A DNA stretch of 64,000 nt from an uncultured delta proteobacterium (GTDB taxonomy: Bacteria > Desulfobacterota > Binatia > JACPRU01). Numbering within the stretch: position 1 is the first letter of the stretch; each line of letters starts with the position of its first letter. The notes under the pieces are model-generated. The model was not told the origin of the DNA. It worked only from the letters and a program-made list of their open reading frames with translations, and did not search any database. Below, piece by piece: positions 10,579-20,500 of the stretch. The DNA lies in contig CAVUWD010000013.1 in assembly GCA_963745025.1 (NCBI GenBank), forward strand, positions 160,001-224,000, written 5' to 3'. Made by a program: the position numbers and the translations under genes.

Positions 10579-11286
10579 TCACCACTCGAGCGGCTTTCGA
10601 TCCTGAAACAGCCGACCCGAGGGACCGTCGTCGGGCAGCATCGCGAGCCAAACCGCAGTATCGGCTCCTTCCTCCACGGAGCGAGGCGCGCCGGAGCCGC
10701 CCATGCGCGTGCGCACCCAGCCCGGGACCGCCGCATTGACGAGGATGTTCTCGCCGCGGAGCTCTGACGCGAGCAGGATCGTCAGCGCGTCGAGCGCCGC
10801 CTTCGACAGCCGGTAGGCGGGCGAGCCGCCGCCGCTTCGCTCGAGATCGTCGAGTGTCCCCATGGCGCTCGAGACGTTGACGATCCGGCCGTAGCCGCCT
10901 TGGCGCATCTGTGGGATGACGGCCTGGCTCAGGCGCCAGGCGCCGAGGAGATTGATCTCGAGCGTCTTTGCGACGACGTCGAGGCTCACCGTCGATGCTG
11001 TCTTGCCAGCGTCGATCAGGATTCCCGCGTTGTTGACCAAGACGTCGAGGCGGCCGAAGCGGTCGCCGATCGCCCGAAGCGCGCGCTCGACGCCGGCGGC
11101 ATCGGTCACGTCGAGGGGCTCCGCCGCGACTGTTCCGCCGAGCTCGGCCGCCGCCGCTTCGCCGCTCTTCGCGTCGCGCGCGCCGATCACGACCGTGAGG
11201 CCATGTCGGGCGAGCTGGCGCGCGATCTCCAAACCGATCCCGCGGTTGGCGCCGGTGACGAGCGCGACACGCGAAGAATTCTGCAT
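10579..11286 (-). CDS. SDR oxidoreductase, carbonyl-reductase-like
   Basis: VTGANRGIG, LVNNAG, YRLSK, PGWVRTRMGG. Confidence 0.9.
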   Translation of the reverse strand: MQNSSRVALVTGANRGIGLEIARQLARHGLTVVIGARDAKSGEAAAAELGGTVAAEPLDVTDAAGVERALRAIGDRFGRLDVLVNNAGILIDAGKTASTVSLDVVAKTLEINLLGAWRLSQAVIPQMRQGGYGRIVNVSSAMGTLDDLERSGGGSPAYRLSKAALDALTILLASELRGENILVNAAVPGWVRTRMGGSGAPRSVEEGADTAVWLAMLPDDGPSGRLFQDRKPLEW

Positions 11287-11298
11287 CGTTCGACTCCC

Positions 11299-12030
11299 TC
11301 AGCTCATGTACATGCCGCCGTTGACGTTGATCGTCTGTCCGGTGATGTAACCGTTGACGGCGAGCAACGCGGCCACTTCGCCGACTTCTTCGCTGGTGCC
11401 GAACCGGCCGACTGGAATCATCTCCGGGCGCACCCGTGGATTGTCGCCGATCATGTCCGTTGCGACTAGCGCCGGAGCGATCGCGTTCACCGTGATCCCT
11501 TGTTGCGCGAGTCGTGCCGCATACCCGTGCGTGAGCCCGAGAATGCCCGCCTTGGACGCGGCATAGTGCGGCCCGACGACTCCGCCGAGCTGGGCCGCGG
11601 TCGACGACACGTTGATGATGCGTCCCCAGCGCCGCGCGCGCATCCCGGGAAGCACCGCCTGGGTCACGAGGAAGATCGACGTCAAGTTGACCGCGAGCGT
11701 CTCCTCCCAGTCGCGGAGGGAGATCTGTTCGATGGCGAGTGGGCGCGCAATCCCAGCGTTGTTGACGAGGATGTCGATAGCTCCGAGCCCCTGCTCGACC
11801 GCGGCGACGGCGCGAGTCACCTCCTCGGCGACCGATACGTCCGCGCCGACGACGATCGACCGCCGCCCGAGCGCCCGGATGGCGGCGGCGACTTCTTCCG
11901 CCTTTTCGAGCTGGCGGCGGGCGTTCACGGCCACGTCCGCGCCCTTTCGCGCGAGCGCCATGGCGATCGCCCGTCCGATGCCTCGGCTTGCGCCCGTCAC
12001 CAGCGCCACGCGTCCGTTCAAACCATCCAT
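11299..12030 (-). CDS. SDR oxidoreductase, FabG-like
   Basis: MDGLNGRVALVTGASRGIG, LVNNAG, YAASK, YITGQTINVNGG; last 243 aa of the long shadow ORF. Confidence 0.9.
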   Translation of the reverse strand: MDGLNGRVALVTGASRGIGRAIAMALARKGADVAVNARRQLEKAEEVAAAIRALGRRSIVVGADVSVAEEVTRAVAAVEQGLGAIDILVNNAGIARPLAIEQISLRDWEETLAVNLTSIFLVTQAVLPGMRARRWGRIINVSSTAAQLGGVVGPHYAASKAGILGLTHGYAARLAQQGITVNAIAPALVATDMIGDNPRVRPEMIPVGRFGTSEEVGEVAALLAVNGYITGQTINVNGGMYMS

Positions 12031-12105
12031 GACGTTATTTCTTCTCCTGGCCTTTCGTAATAACTTTCTCGGATCGGCGAAGAAAGACGAAGGGGAGGAC
12101 TCCTC

Positions 12106-14802
12106 ATGACCGTTCGTTCGAAAGACAGCTTCCACGCCCGGCAAACGCTGACCGTCGGCGGGCGCCGCTACACGATCTACAGCCTCGAGCGGCTCGAGGC
12201 CGCCGGCCTCGCCGTTCAGCGACTGCCCTATTCGCTGAAGGTCCTGCTCGAGAACCTGCTCCGGCACGAGGACGGCAAGGCCGTCGATGCCGACGACGTG
12301 AAGGCGCTCGCCGGGTGGCAGCCGAAGAGCGTCTCGGAGCGAGAGATCTCCTTCCTGCCCGCGCGCGTGCTGTTGCAGGACTTCACCGGGGTTCCCTGCG
12401 TCGTCGACCTCGCCGCCATGCGCGACGCCATGAAGAGCATGGGCGGAGACCCCAGGAAGATCAACCCGCTGTTTCCCGCGGAGCTGGTGATCGATCACTC
12501 CGTGCAGGTGGATTTCTTCGGCTCGCCGGATGCGCTGCGCAAGAATGCGGAGATCGAATTCGAGCGCAATCAGGAGCGCTACGCGTTCTTGCGCTGGGGG
12601 CAATCGGCGTTTGCGAACTTCAAGGTCGTGCCTCCGGATACCGGCATCGTTCACCAGGTGAATCTCGAATATCTCGCGCGGGTCGTGTTCGAAGGCGTCG
12701 AGGACGGAGCACCCACCGCCTATCCTGATACGCTCGTCGGCACGGACAGTCACACGACGATGGTGAACGGTCTCGGCGTGCTCGGCTGGGGCGTCGGCGG
12801 CATCGAGGCGGAGGCGGCGATGCTCGGCCAGCCGATGCCGCTGCTGATCCCGGAGGTCGTCGGCTTCAAGCTCGCCGGCACGCTCGCCGAGGGCGCGACG
12901 GCGACCGACCTCGTGCTCACGGTCACGCAGATGCTGCGCAAGAAGGGTGTCGTCGGGAAGTTCGTCGAGTTCTACGGCGCCGGGTTGTCGAGCCTCTCGC
13001 TCGCCGACCGCGCCACGCTCGGCAACATGGCGCCCGAATACGGCGCGACGTGCGGCATCTTTCCGATCGACGAGGAGACGCTCGAGTATCTGCGCTTCAC
13101 GGGCCGGAGCCCGGAGCGGGTCGCACTGGTCGAGGCGTATGCCAAGGCGCAGGGGATGTTCCGAAGCACGGCCAGTGTGGATCCCGACTATTCCGATACC
13201 CTCGAGCTCGACCTCGCCACGGTGGAGCCGAGCCTCGCCGGCCCGCGCCGGCCGCACGACCGCGTGTCGCTGCGGCTCTCGAAGCGGGTCTGGCTCGATG
13301 CGCTCCCCGAGCTGAAGGCCGCCGCCGGCGCGAAGGGCGAGGTGAAGGACGGGGTGGGCACGCGGCTCGACGGGGAGGAGGTGGAGATCCGCAACGGGGC
13401 GGTCGTCGTCGCGGCGATCACGTCCTGTACGAACACGTCCAACCCCTCGGTGATGATCGGCGCGGGGCTGCTCGCCAAGAAGGCCGTCGAGCGCGGCCTC
13501 GCCGCCAAGCCCTGGGTGAAGACGAGCCTCGCACCCGGGTCGAAGGTCGTGACCGAGTATCTGCGCGAGTCGGGCCTTCTGCAATCGCTCGAGGCGCTGA
13601 AGTTTCACCTCGTCGGTTACGGCTGCACGACCTGCATCGGCAACAGCGGGCCGCTTCCGGAGCCGGTATCGAAGGCGATCGCCGACGGAAATCTCGTGGT
13701 CGCTTCCGTGCTCTCGGGGAACCGGAACTTCGAGGGACGCATCCAGCCGCAGGTGCGCGCGAACTATCTCGCCAGCCCGCCGCTGGTCGTTGCCTACGCG
13801 CTCGCCGGCCGCATGGACGTCGATCTCTACGGCGAGCCGCTCGGCCTCGATCGCAGCGGCAACCCGGTCTACCTGAAGGACATCTGGCCGTCTCCCGAGG
13901 AGATCCGTTCGACCGTTCGCAAGGTCGTGAAGACCGAGATGTTCCAGAAGCAGTACGGCGAGGTCTTCCGCGGCGACGAGCGCTGGCAGGCGATCCGCGT
14001 CCCGGAAGGGGATCGTTTCGCCTGGGATGGAGACTCGACCTACGTTCGCAAGCCCACGTTCTTCGAGGGCATCGCACCGATGCCGTCGCCGGTCACCGAC
14101 CTCGTCGGCGCGCGCGTGCTCGTCAAGCTCGGTGACTCCGTGACCACCGACCACATCTCTCCCGCGGGCTCGATCGCCAAGGAGTCGCCTGCGGGCCGCT
14201 ATCTGATCGAGCACGGCGTCGAGCTCAAAGACTTCAATTCCTACGGCGCGCGTCGCGGCAATCACGAGGTGATGATGCGCGGCACGTTCGCCAACATCCG
14301 CCTCCGGAACGAGCTCGTGCCGGGGATGGAAGGAGGCTGGACGCGGCACCTCCCCGATGGCGAGAAGATGACGATCTACGACGCCGCCGTGCGCTACGAG
14401 AAGGATCGCGTGCCGCTCTTGGTGATTGCCGGCAAGGAATACGGCTCCGGCTCGTCGCGCGACTGGGCCGCCAAGGGCACGATGATGCTCGGCGTCCGCG
14501 CCGTGATCGCCGAATCGTACGAGCGTATCCACCGCTCGAATCTGATCGGCATGGGGGTGCTGCCGCTCGAGTTCCGGGCCGGCGACCGCCGGGAGACGAT
14601 CGGGCTCAGCGGCGAAGAAACCTACGAGATCACGGGGATTGCGGACGGTCTTTCGCCGCGAACGCTCCTCACCGTCAACGCCGTCTCGGCGGACGGCAAA
14701 AAGAAGAGCTTTCAAGCGCTCTGCCGGATCGATACGCCGGTCGAGCTCGATTATTATCGCCACGGCGGCATCCTGCCGTTCGTGCTGCGACAGCTCCGTT
14801 AG
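12106..14802 (+). CDS. acnA: Aconitate hydratase A
   Basis: [52 protein letters not shown]. Confidence 0.97.
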   Translation: MTVRSKDSFHARQTLTVGGRRYTIYSLERLEAAGLAVQRLPYSLKVLLENLLRHEDGKAVDADDVKALAGWQPKSVSEREISFLPARVLLQDFTGVPCVVDLAAMRDAMKSMGGDPRKINPLFPAELVIDHSVQVDFFGSPDALRKNAEIEFERNQERYAFLRWGQSAFANFKVVPPDTGIVHQVNLEYLARVVFEGVEDGAPTAYPDTLVGTDSHTTMVNGLGVLGWGVGGIEAEAAMLGQPMPLLIPEVVGFKLAGTLAEGATATDLVLTVTQMLRKKGVVGKFVEFYGAGLSSLSLADRATLGNMAPEYGATCGIFPIDEETLEYLRFTGRSPERVALVEAYAKAQGMFRSTASVDPDYSDTLELDLATVEPSLAGPRRPHDRVSLRLSKRVWLDALPELKAAAGAKGEVKDGVGTRLDGEEVEIRNGAVVVAAITSCTNTSNPSVMIGAGLLAKKAVERGLAAKPWVKTSLAPGSKVVTEYLRESGLLQSLEALKFHLVGYGCTTCIGNSGPLPEPVSKAIADGNLVVASVLSGNRNFEGRIQPQVRANYLASPPLVVAYALAGRMDVDLYGEPLGLDRSGNPVYLKDIWPSPEEIRSTVRKVVKTEMFQKQYGEVFRGDERWQAIRVPEGDRFAWDGDSTYVRKPTFFEGIAPMPSPVTDLVGARVLVKLGDSVTTDHISPAGSIAKESPAGRYLIEHGVELKDFNSYGARRGNHEVMMRGTFANIRLRNELVPGMEGGWTRHLPDGEKMTIYDAAVRYEKDRVPLLVIAGKEYGSGSSRDWAAKGTMMLGVRAVIAESYERIHRSNLIGMGVLPLEFRAGDRRETIGLSGEETYEITGIADGLSPRTLLTVNAVSADGKKKSFQALCRIDTPVELDYYRHGGILPFVLRQLR

Positions 14803-14967
14803 CGCATTCGCGTTCTGGGACGCTCCTGCTTCGCAGGAGCCCCCTACGCAGCACGCCTCCCCCGTCCCTGGCCCCGCTTCGCGGAGCCTCTTGGCGGTTT
14901 CCGTGGCGTGATTGTCATTGCCGCCGGACCTGCGCGCGCGGATAGTTCCGGGCGAGGGACGTGAACC

Positions 14968-15600
14968 ATGGAACAGAACGACCGCCGGCGCACCCTCGGT
15001 GTCCTGCTGTTTCCGGGCTTCGAATTGCTCGACGTGTTCGGGCCGCTCGAAGCGTTCGGCATCCGTCTCGCGAAGGATCACTTCGACACGGTTCTCGTCG
15101 CCGAGCGTGTGGGGCCGGTCGAGAGCGCTCAGGGGCCGAAGGCTTTGGCCGAGGCGGCCCTCGACGACATCCGCCGACTCGATCTGATTCTCGTGCCTGG
15201 CGGCTTCGGCACGCGCAAAGCGGTCGACGATCGCGGGCTCCGTGACTGGATCGTACGGCGCGCGGCGGACGCGGAGCTGGTGATGTCGGTCTGCACGGGC
15301 GCGGCGATGCTCGCCCGCGCGGGAGTGCTCGACGGCCGGCGCGCGACCACCAACAAAGCCGCCTTCCAATGGGTGCTCGGGCAGGGCCCGCGCGTCGAGT
15401 GGGTGAAGGAGGCGCGCTGGGTCGAGGACGGGAAGTTCTACACGTCCTCCGGCGTATCGGCGGGAATCGACATGGCGCTCGCCGTCATCGGCAAACTCAC
15501 CAGCCGTGAGCTCGCCGAGCAGATCGCCGTCTTCATGGAATACGACTGGCACCGCGACGCGAGCTGGGACCCGTTCGCGAAGATCCACGGGTTGGTCTGA
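14968..15600 (+). CDS. DJ-1/PfpI family protein
   Basis: GFELLDVFGPLEAF, LVPGG, SVCTGA, TSSGVSAGIDMAL. Confidence 0.9.
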   Translation: MEQNDRRRTLGVLLFPGFELLDVFGPLEAFGIRLAKDHFDTVLVAERVGPVESAQGPKALAEAALDDIRRLDLILVPGGFGTRKAVDDRGLRDWIVRRAADAELVMSVCTGAAMLARAGVLDGRRATTNKAAFQWVLGQGPRVEWVKEARWVEDGKFYTSSGVSAGIDMALAVIGKLTSRELAEQIAVFMEYDWHRDASWDPFAKIHGLV

Positions 15601-15604
15601 AAGA

Positions 15605-15673
15605 CGGCTACCGGCTACGGCTACCGAGAGAGACGCCGTGGCTTCTCTTGCGGAAGCCGGTAGCCGGTAGCCG
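15605..15673. repeat. Heptamer-unit palindromic repeat, copy B
   Basis: CGGCTAC CGGCTAC GGCTAC CGAGAGAG...CTTCTCTTGCG GAAGCCG GTAGCCG GTAGCCG, 4 nt after the DJ-1 stop codon. Confidence 0.85.
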
Positions 15674-15699
15674 TTCCTCCACCGCGTCGAGTAGCGCCT

Positions 15700-16208
15700 C
15701 GAAGTGCGGGAAGAAAACGCGGTAGTCTTGCCCGATTCGATCGAGGCTTCACGACGGGAATCGGATGATCGCATCGATCGCGCTCCGATCTTCGGAACGG
15801 AGGCTCGGTAGTCGCTTCCGGGTCGGCTCGATGTGCTCGAAGGGATCGCCTTGCCGCGAGCGATCGCCTGCAGGAGCCCTTGTCGGAGAACGGCGAGAGC
15901 AGACCGACGATGAGTTGGTGATCGCCCATGCGGAGCGATGCTCGCGCATCGCTCCGCGCAGGTCAACGCATCCGGCGAGCGTGAAAGAGGATGGCGAGGG
16001 CAGCGCAGAATCGCTAGAAAAAGGCGGGGGGGTTGCGATGAAGCGTTGCGGTGTGAAGGCGAAGGTGCTCGCGGTCGCCGCGGGCGCGGACATTCGCGAG
16101 ATCGCTTCCGCGGTTACGTCCGACATCCGCGGCGACGTGACGGGGCGGCCGCCATGCGCCGTCGTGCACTTCGACGTCGAAGCCGACTTCGACGTCTCGC
16201 TGCTCTGA
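15700..16208 (+). pseudogene. Decayed toxin-antitoxin fragments (PIN-like, then nucleotidyltransferase-like)
   Basis: AGRKRGSLA...MIASIALR (PIN-like); TDDELVIAHAER; KVLAVAAGADIRE...DVEADFDVSLL (MNT-antitoxin-like); frames broken. Confidence 0.35.
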
Positions 16209-17426
16209 GTGTCCCCGCGGCGCCTCGACCGGAACGTCGTTGCGCTCGGCGTCGCGAGCCTTTTGAACGACGTCTCGAGCGAGATGATCTTTCCTCTGTT
16301 GCCGGCGTTCCTGACCTCGGTGCTCGGTGCGGGCCCGACGTTTCTCGGCGCAATCGAGGGTACGGCGGACAGCGTCTCGAGCCTGCTGCGCATCCCGTCG
16401 GGTTGGCTCGCCGACCGGCACCGCCGGAAACCGCTCGTCGTCGCGGGATACGCGGTAGCGAACCTCGTGCGGCCGGCCGTGGCGGTGGCGACGGCGCCGT
16501 GGCACGTGCTCGCGATCCGCCTGCTCGACCGCGTGGGCAAGGGAGTTCGGACGGCGCCTCGCGATGCGCTGCTCGCCGATTCGGCTCCGCCGGAAGATCG
16601 GGGTCGCGCCTTCGGCTTTCACCGTTCCATGGACCATATCGGGGCGGTCGTCGGTCCTCTGCTGGCGAGCGTGCTTTTCGCCGCCGTCGGCCGAAGCTAT
16701 CGTTGGCTCTTCTTGCTCGCGTCGTTGCCCGGGCTCGCGACCGTGCTCTTCACGATGACTCTCGTCCGCGAGCCGCGAACGGCTCTCGGCGATCGGTCCT
16801 CTGCGGTTGGCGAAGAGCCGGCGGCGCCTGTCGCCGTGGGCCGAAAACCGGCGGCCGCGAGCCGGCGCTTCTATGGGCTGCTGTTGGCGATTCTCTTCTT
16901 CGGGCTCGGCAACTCGACCGACGCCTTCCTGCTCCTCCGTCTCGAGCAGGCGGGTGTGGACGTCGTGCTGCTACCGTTCCTCTGGTCGGCGCTCCACGTC
17001 GTGAAGGTTGCGAGCGCCTACCCGCTCGGTCGCCTCTCCGATCGGGTGGGTCGGGTACCGATCATCGTCGCGGGCTGGAGCTACTACGCGATCATCTACG
17101 CGGGATTCGCCGCGGCCTCGAGCCCGCTCCTGCTGTCGGTCGTCTTCGTCGCCTACGGACTCTTCTATGGATTCACCGAAGGGGCCGAGCGGGCTCTGGT
17201 GAGCGACCTCGCCCCGGCCGAGCGCCGCGGCGCGGCCTTCGGGCTCTACAATGCGGCGGTCGGCATCGTGGCGCTGCCGGCGAGCCTCGCCATGGGGGCC
17301 ATCTGGCAGGCATACGGGCAGGCGGCGGCCTTCGGCTTCGGCGCGACGATGGCCGTGCTCGGAGCCGTCGTGCTGATCGCCGCTATTGGCCCGCGCCGTA
17401 GTCGAAGCAGGCGACCTGCCGAGTGA
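16209..17426 (+). CDS. MFS transporter
   Basis: SLLNDVSSEMIFPLLP, GWLADRHRRK, DRVGKGVRTAPRDALLA, about 12 hydrophobic segments. Confidence 0.9.
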   Translation: MSPRRLDRNVVALGVASLLNDVSSEMIFPLLPAFLTSVLGAGPTFLGAIEGTADSVSSLLRIPSGWLADRHRRKPLVVAGYAVANLVRPAVAVATAPWHVLAIRLLDRVGKGVRTAPRDALLADSAPPEDRGRAFGFHRSMDHIGAVVGPLLASVLFAAVGRSYRWLFLLASLPGLATVLFTMTLVREPRTALGDRSSAVGEEPAAPVAVGRKPAAASRRFYGLLLAILFFGLGNSTDAFLLLRLEQAGVDVVLLPFLWSALHVVKVASAYPLGRLSDRVGRVPIIVAGWSYYAIIYAGFAAASSPLLLSVVFVAYGLFYGFTEGAERALVSDLAPAERRGAAFGLYNAAVGIVALPASLAMGAIWQAYGQAAAFGFGATMAVLGAVVLIAAIGPRRSRSRRPAE

Positions 17427-17429
17427 AGA

Positions 17430-17596
17430 GTCGGCGACCGGAGCGCTTCGCGAGCTCGCTCTCGGAACGTCCGAGAGCGTCGGCCGTCCTCGGCGAACGT
17501 TTTGCACCCCTTCGTCGAATCGGGCGCTGCCGAAAAAGAAGCAATCGCGGGCGAGAGCTCGCGAATGACTTCTTTGTCCCTGAGCACGTCGGACAT
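17430..17596 (-). pseudogene. SnoaL/NTF2-like protein remnant
   Basis: Across frameshifts reads MSDVLRDKEVIREL(L)ARDCFFFGSARFDEGVQ(T)FAEDG, similar to SnoaL_4 N-termini. Confidence 0.4.
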
Positions 17597-17605
17597 CGCA
17601 CCCCG

Positions 17606-17660
17606 GAAGAGGGACCCGGCCGCTCTTTTACGAGCCAGAAAAGGGACCGGATCCGTTTTC
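17606..17660. repeat. Inverted doublet of REP-like palindromes
   Basis: GAAGAGGGACCCGGCCGCTCTTT (17606-17628) versus reverse complement of GAAAAGGGACCGGATCCGTTTTC (17638-17660), 16/23 identical. Confidence 0.5.
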
Positions 17661-18809
17661 TGCATTGAGCGTGATCGCTTCGAGCAAAACCTCCGCCGCG
17701 AGCACCATGTCGTTGACGTCGAGCCACTCCTTGACCGTGTGAATGTCACGCATGCCCGTGCCGAGATTGGCGACTTCGAAGCCGCGACGGTTGAGGATGT
17801 TGGCATCGCAGCCGCCCCCCATGCCGGTCACGGTCACCCGGGCATCGACACGCTCCCCCGCGGCGACGATCAGCCGCACGATGGCCGAGGCGTCGGGCAC
17901 GTTCATCGCCTCGTATTCGCGTATCGCGGTGAACTCGACGCGCGCTCTCTCGGTCTTGCCGCCGATCGTCACGCTGTGGCGGGCGGCGGCGTCCTCGAAG
18001 CATTTTCGCATGTGCGCGGTTTGAGCCTCGAGCTTGTCGTCTCGGTGACTGCGTGCCTCGCCGCGAATCTCGACGAGATTGGGCACGATGTTCACGGCCG
18101 CGCCGCCGCGGATGATGCCGAGATTCGCGGTGGTCTCGTCGTCGATGCGGCCGAGGCGCATGCTTGCCACCGCCTCGGCGGCGATCTGGATCGCGCTCAT
18201 GCCCTTTTCGGGCGCCATTCCCGCGTGCGCCTCTAGGCCATGCACGCGCACGCTGATCGCGTTCGCGCCCGGCGCGCGCGTGAACAGAAAGCCCGGCGAG
18301 TCGCTGTCGAGGACCACGCCGCGCTTCGCCCGCAGCGGGCGGACATCGAGATGCTTGGCGCCGGCGAGGCCCTTTTCCTCGCAGATCGTGAACACGACAT
18401 CGATCGGCCCGTGCGGGATCTCGCGCTCGTGAAGCACCCGGAGGACCTCGCAGACGATCGCCACTCCGGACTTGTCGTCGCCGCCGAGCACCGTCGTGCC
18501 GTCGCTTCTCACGATGTCTCCGTCGACGATCGGCTTGACCCCCTCCCCGGGCACCACGGTGTCCATGTGTGCGGACACGAGGAGGGCCGGGGCTGCGGGC
18601 ACGGTCCCCGGAAAGAGGGCGATTAGGTTGCCGGTGTTGCCGCCGACCTTTTCACCCGCGTCGTCGAAGAGGATGCGGTCCGCGCCGAGATCGCGCATCT
18701 CGCGCTCGAGCCGCAGCGCCACGTCGCGCTCCTTCCGCGAGTGGCTGTCGATCCGCACGAGATCGAGAAGAAGGTCGCGGATTCTGGTCTTGTCGATGCG
18801 CGAGGTCAT
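17628..18809 (-). CDS. M20 family metallopeptidase, peptidase T-like
   Basis: SAHMDTV, LGGDDKSG, ICEEKGLAGAK, GGGCDAN, IHTVKE. Confidence 0.9.
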   Translation of the reverse strand: MTSRIDKTRIRDLLLDLVRIDSHSRKERDVALRLEREMRDLGADRILFDDAGEKVGGNTGNLIALFPGTVPAAPALLVSAHMDTVVPGEGVKPIVDGDIVRSDGTTVLGGDDKSGVAIVCEVLRVLHEREIPHGPIDVVFTICEEKGLAGAKHLDVRPLRAKRGVVLDSDSPGFLFTRAPGANAISVRVHGLEAHAGMAPEKGMSAIQIAAEAVASMRLGRIDDETTANLGIIRGGAAVNIVPNLVEIRGEARSHRDDKLEAQTAHMRKCFEDAAARHSVTIGGKTERARVEFTAIREYEAMNVPDASAIVRLIVAAGERVDARVTVTGMGGGCDANILNRRGFEVANLGTGMRDIHTVKEWLDVNDMVLAAEVLLEAITLNAENGSGPFSGS

Positions 18810-19556
18810 TCAAGGCCCGGTTGGCGCGAGGCGCTTCGCCGGGCGCACGACGACGAGAAAGCTGTTGCGCGCCGTCGCCCATTCACCGTCGATCGGAATG
18901 TGCAGCTCGCGGCGATCTCCCGGCGCGAAGCCTTCGTCGACTCGCCTGCGGTAAATGCGCAGGGCCTTTGCCTTCTCGGGTCCGAGTACCGTCACCGTGG
19001 CCGAAACCGCCGGGATGTGGAACATCGAGCGGTTCTCGACGACGGCGACCACGCTCGGAGGATGGGCCGCGAAGTCGGTGGAGATCTTCACGACCTCCAG
19101 CGCGTTGGGGTCGAAGCGAAAGGTGTCATAGACCCATGCTTGTGGCCCCGGCGGGAGCGAGATGCTGCGCAGAACGAGGCGGACCTCGTCGACGAGACCC
19201 TCGTCGACCTCGGAGTAGACGGGCGTAATCGCCACGATCTTGCCGTCGAGGTTGACGCCGAGGCGGATCTGCAGACGCCCTTCGAGCACGGAGTAATGGG
19301 TGAGAGAGACGTCGCTTTGTCGGTACGTCTCGTAGGCGGTCAGCACGTCTGGCTCGGCGGCGCGCAAGCCCTCTTCGATCTCGCGAACACGGCTCTCGGG
19401 GAGGGCGTCTCCGTAGATACGGATCTTCCCCGGGACGGCATCGGGAGGCGGCGGCACCGCGAGTGACATCGGTGTTGGCGGTGGGGCCTCGGCGAATCGG
19501 GCGCATGCGCCGAAGAAGACGAGTCCGACCCACCAAGCCCTCCGCAGGGATCGCAT
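18810..19556 (-). CDS. Hypothetical lipoprotein (TonB-C/AgmX-like domain plus FxLYD-like Ig domain)
   Basis: Lipobox-like FFGAC, Pro-rich linker, LEGRLQIRLGVNLDGKI, then VAVVENRS...VTVLG...FAPGDRRE. Confidence 0.55.
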   Translation of the reverse strand: MRSLRRAWWVGLVFFGACARFAEAPPPTPMSLAVPPPPDAVPGKIRIYGDALPESRVREIEEGLRAAEPDVLTAYETYRQSDVSLTHYSVLEGRLQIRLGVNLDGKIVAITPVYSEVDEGLVDEVRLVLRSISLPPGPQAWVYDTFRFDPNALEVVKISTDFAAHPPSVVAVVENRSMFHIPAVSATVTVLGPEKAKALRIYRRRVDEGFAPGDRRELHIPIDGEWATARNSFLVVVRPAKRLAPTGP

Positions 19557-19592
19557 CATCGAGGGACGGGATAGTTCAGCGGGGCGCCGGGG

Positions 19593-19745
19593 TCAAATCG
19601 GCTTCCGTTCGCGATCGAACCAGTCGATGGCGAGCTTCGCCGACTCGTCGAGCCAGGGGGGTAGATCTCGTCGTGCGTGATCGGCAAGCCGACGAGCTTC
19701 TCCGGCTCGCGGGAGCGCTCGTAGAGCCCCCGGTAGCCCTCGAAC
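19593..19745 (-). pseudogene. C-terminal remnant of an alpha/beta hydrolase
   Basis: LYERSREPEKLVGLPITHDEIY and PPWLDESAKLAIDWFDRE in adjacent frames; no N-terminus. Confidence 0.4.
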
Positions 19746-19894
19746 TTGCAGAGTGACCCTGTTCCCGTCCTCCCTAGCGCGACGTCCCCGCAACCCAAAA
19801 CGCGCCATGGTGACGATGCCTCCTATCTACACATGTTCGTCGAAAAACGAGAATTCCTACCGTGGTAGCTCGGATGCCTCCGCGCGCAGCATGC

Positions 19895-19923
19895 TTGACG
19901 CTACTCCCCGCCGCGACTACGGT
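19895..19923 (+). promoter_or_regulatory. Sigma70-type promoter upstream of the copper module
   Basis: TTGACG-N17-TACGGT. Confidence 0.55.
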
Positions 19924-19932
19924 CCGCACGCT

Positions 19933-20052
19933 AGCTCGGTAGGCTGCGTCGGTCGGAGATGGTTCGCGACCAACGGGAGCGATCCGTGGCGCAGTCTCCC
20001 AGCTCGGTAGGATACTGGAGCCGAAGGTGGTTCGCGACCGACGGGAGCGATC
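19933..20052 (+). repeat. Tandem 52-nt direct repeat (period 68) in the predicted leader
   Basis: AGCTCGGTAGG-N16-TGGTTCGCGACC(A/G)ACGGGAGCGATC at 19933-19984 and 20001-20052. Confidence 0.85.
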
Positions 20053-20071
20053 TCTGACAAACCTCATCGCC

Positions 20072-20440
20072 ATGTCGCGCTACCGCTCGCTCGCGATCCT
20101 CGTGCTCGCGCTGATGCTCTCGACGGGCTCCGCCGGCCTCACTTCGCTGGCGCTTCGCTGCGCGCGCTGCGGCCCGCACTGCCCGATGTCGGCGAAGCAC
20201 CTCGGATGCCACGATCGCGACAAGCCTGCGCACACCTGCCACGACCGAGGTGGAGCGCGGCTGACGTCCTGTGTGCACTCGGGCGAGACCGCGCCCGGTC
20301 TCGCCTGGCTGGCGATTCCGACGCCCGGCGCTGAGGCGCGGCCCCTCGTCGCGCTTCGCGAGCACCTGTCTCCGACCGATTCTCGCGGCGGCCGCGACGT
20401 TCCCGAGCCGCCGACCGAGCCACCGCGCCTTCTCGCGTAG
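20072..20440 (+). CDS. Secreted Cys/His-rich small protein with Pro-rich C-terminus (CutF/CruR/DUF2946-like regulatory upstream ORF)
   Basis: Signal-like N-terminus, CARCGPHCPM..GCH..TCH..SCVH, C-terminal PEPPTEPPRLLA; first gene of the copCD cluster. Confidence 0.7.
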   Translation: MSRYRSLAILVLALMLSTGSAGLTSLALRCARCGPHCPMSAKHLGCHDRDKPAHTCHDRGGARLTSCVHSGETAPGLAWLAIPTPGAEARPLVALREHLSPTDSRGGRDVPEPPTEPPRLLA

Positions 20441-20500
20441 CCGCCCAATCCACCACTACGAACCCGGGCCGCGGAAGGAGCGGCCCGCGAGGAGGATCTC

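Noticed and set aside
11299-15966. 1555-aa minus-strand ORF and other long overlapping ORFs (e.g. 4184-6760, 7926-9575, 24842-26971)
   Set aside because: Shadow frames of high-GC genes such as acnA, sucA and lpdA; only the last 243 aa of this ORF (an SDR) look like a real protein.
19933-20052. Possible mini-CRISPR array or cobalamin/NiCo riboswitch
   Set aside because: Only two units, partly homologous middles, no cas genes, and the conserved cores of those riboswitches are not recognisable.
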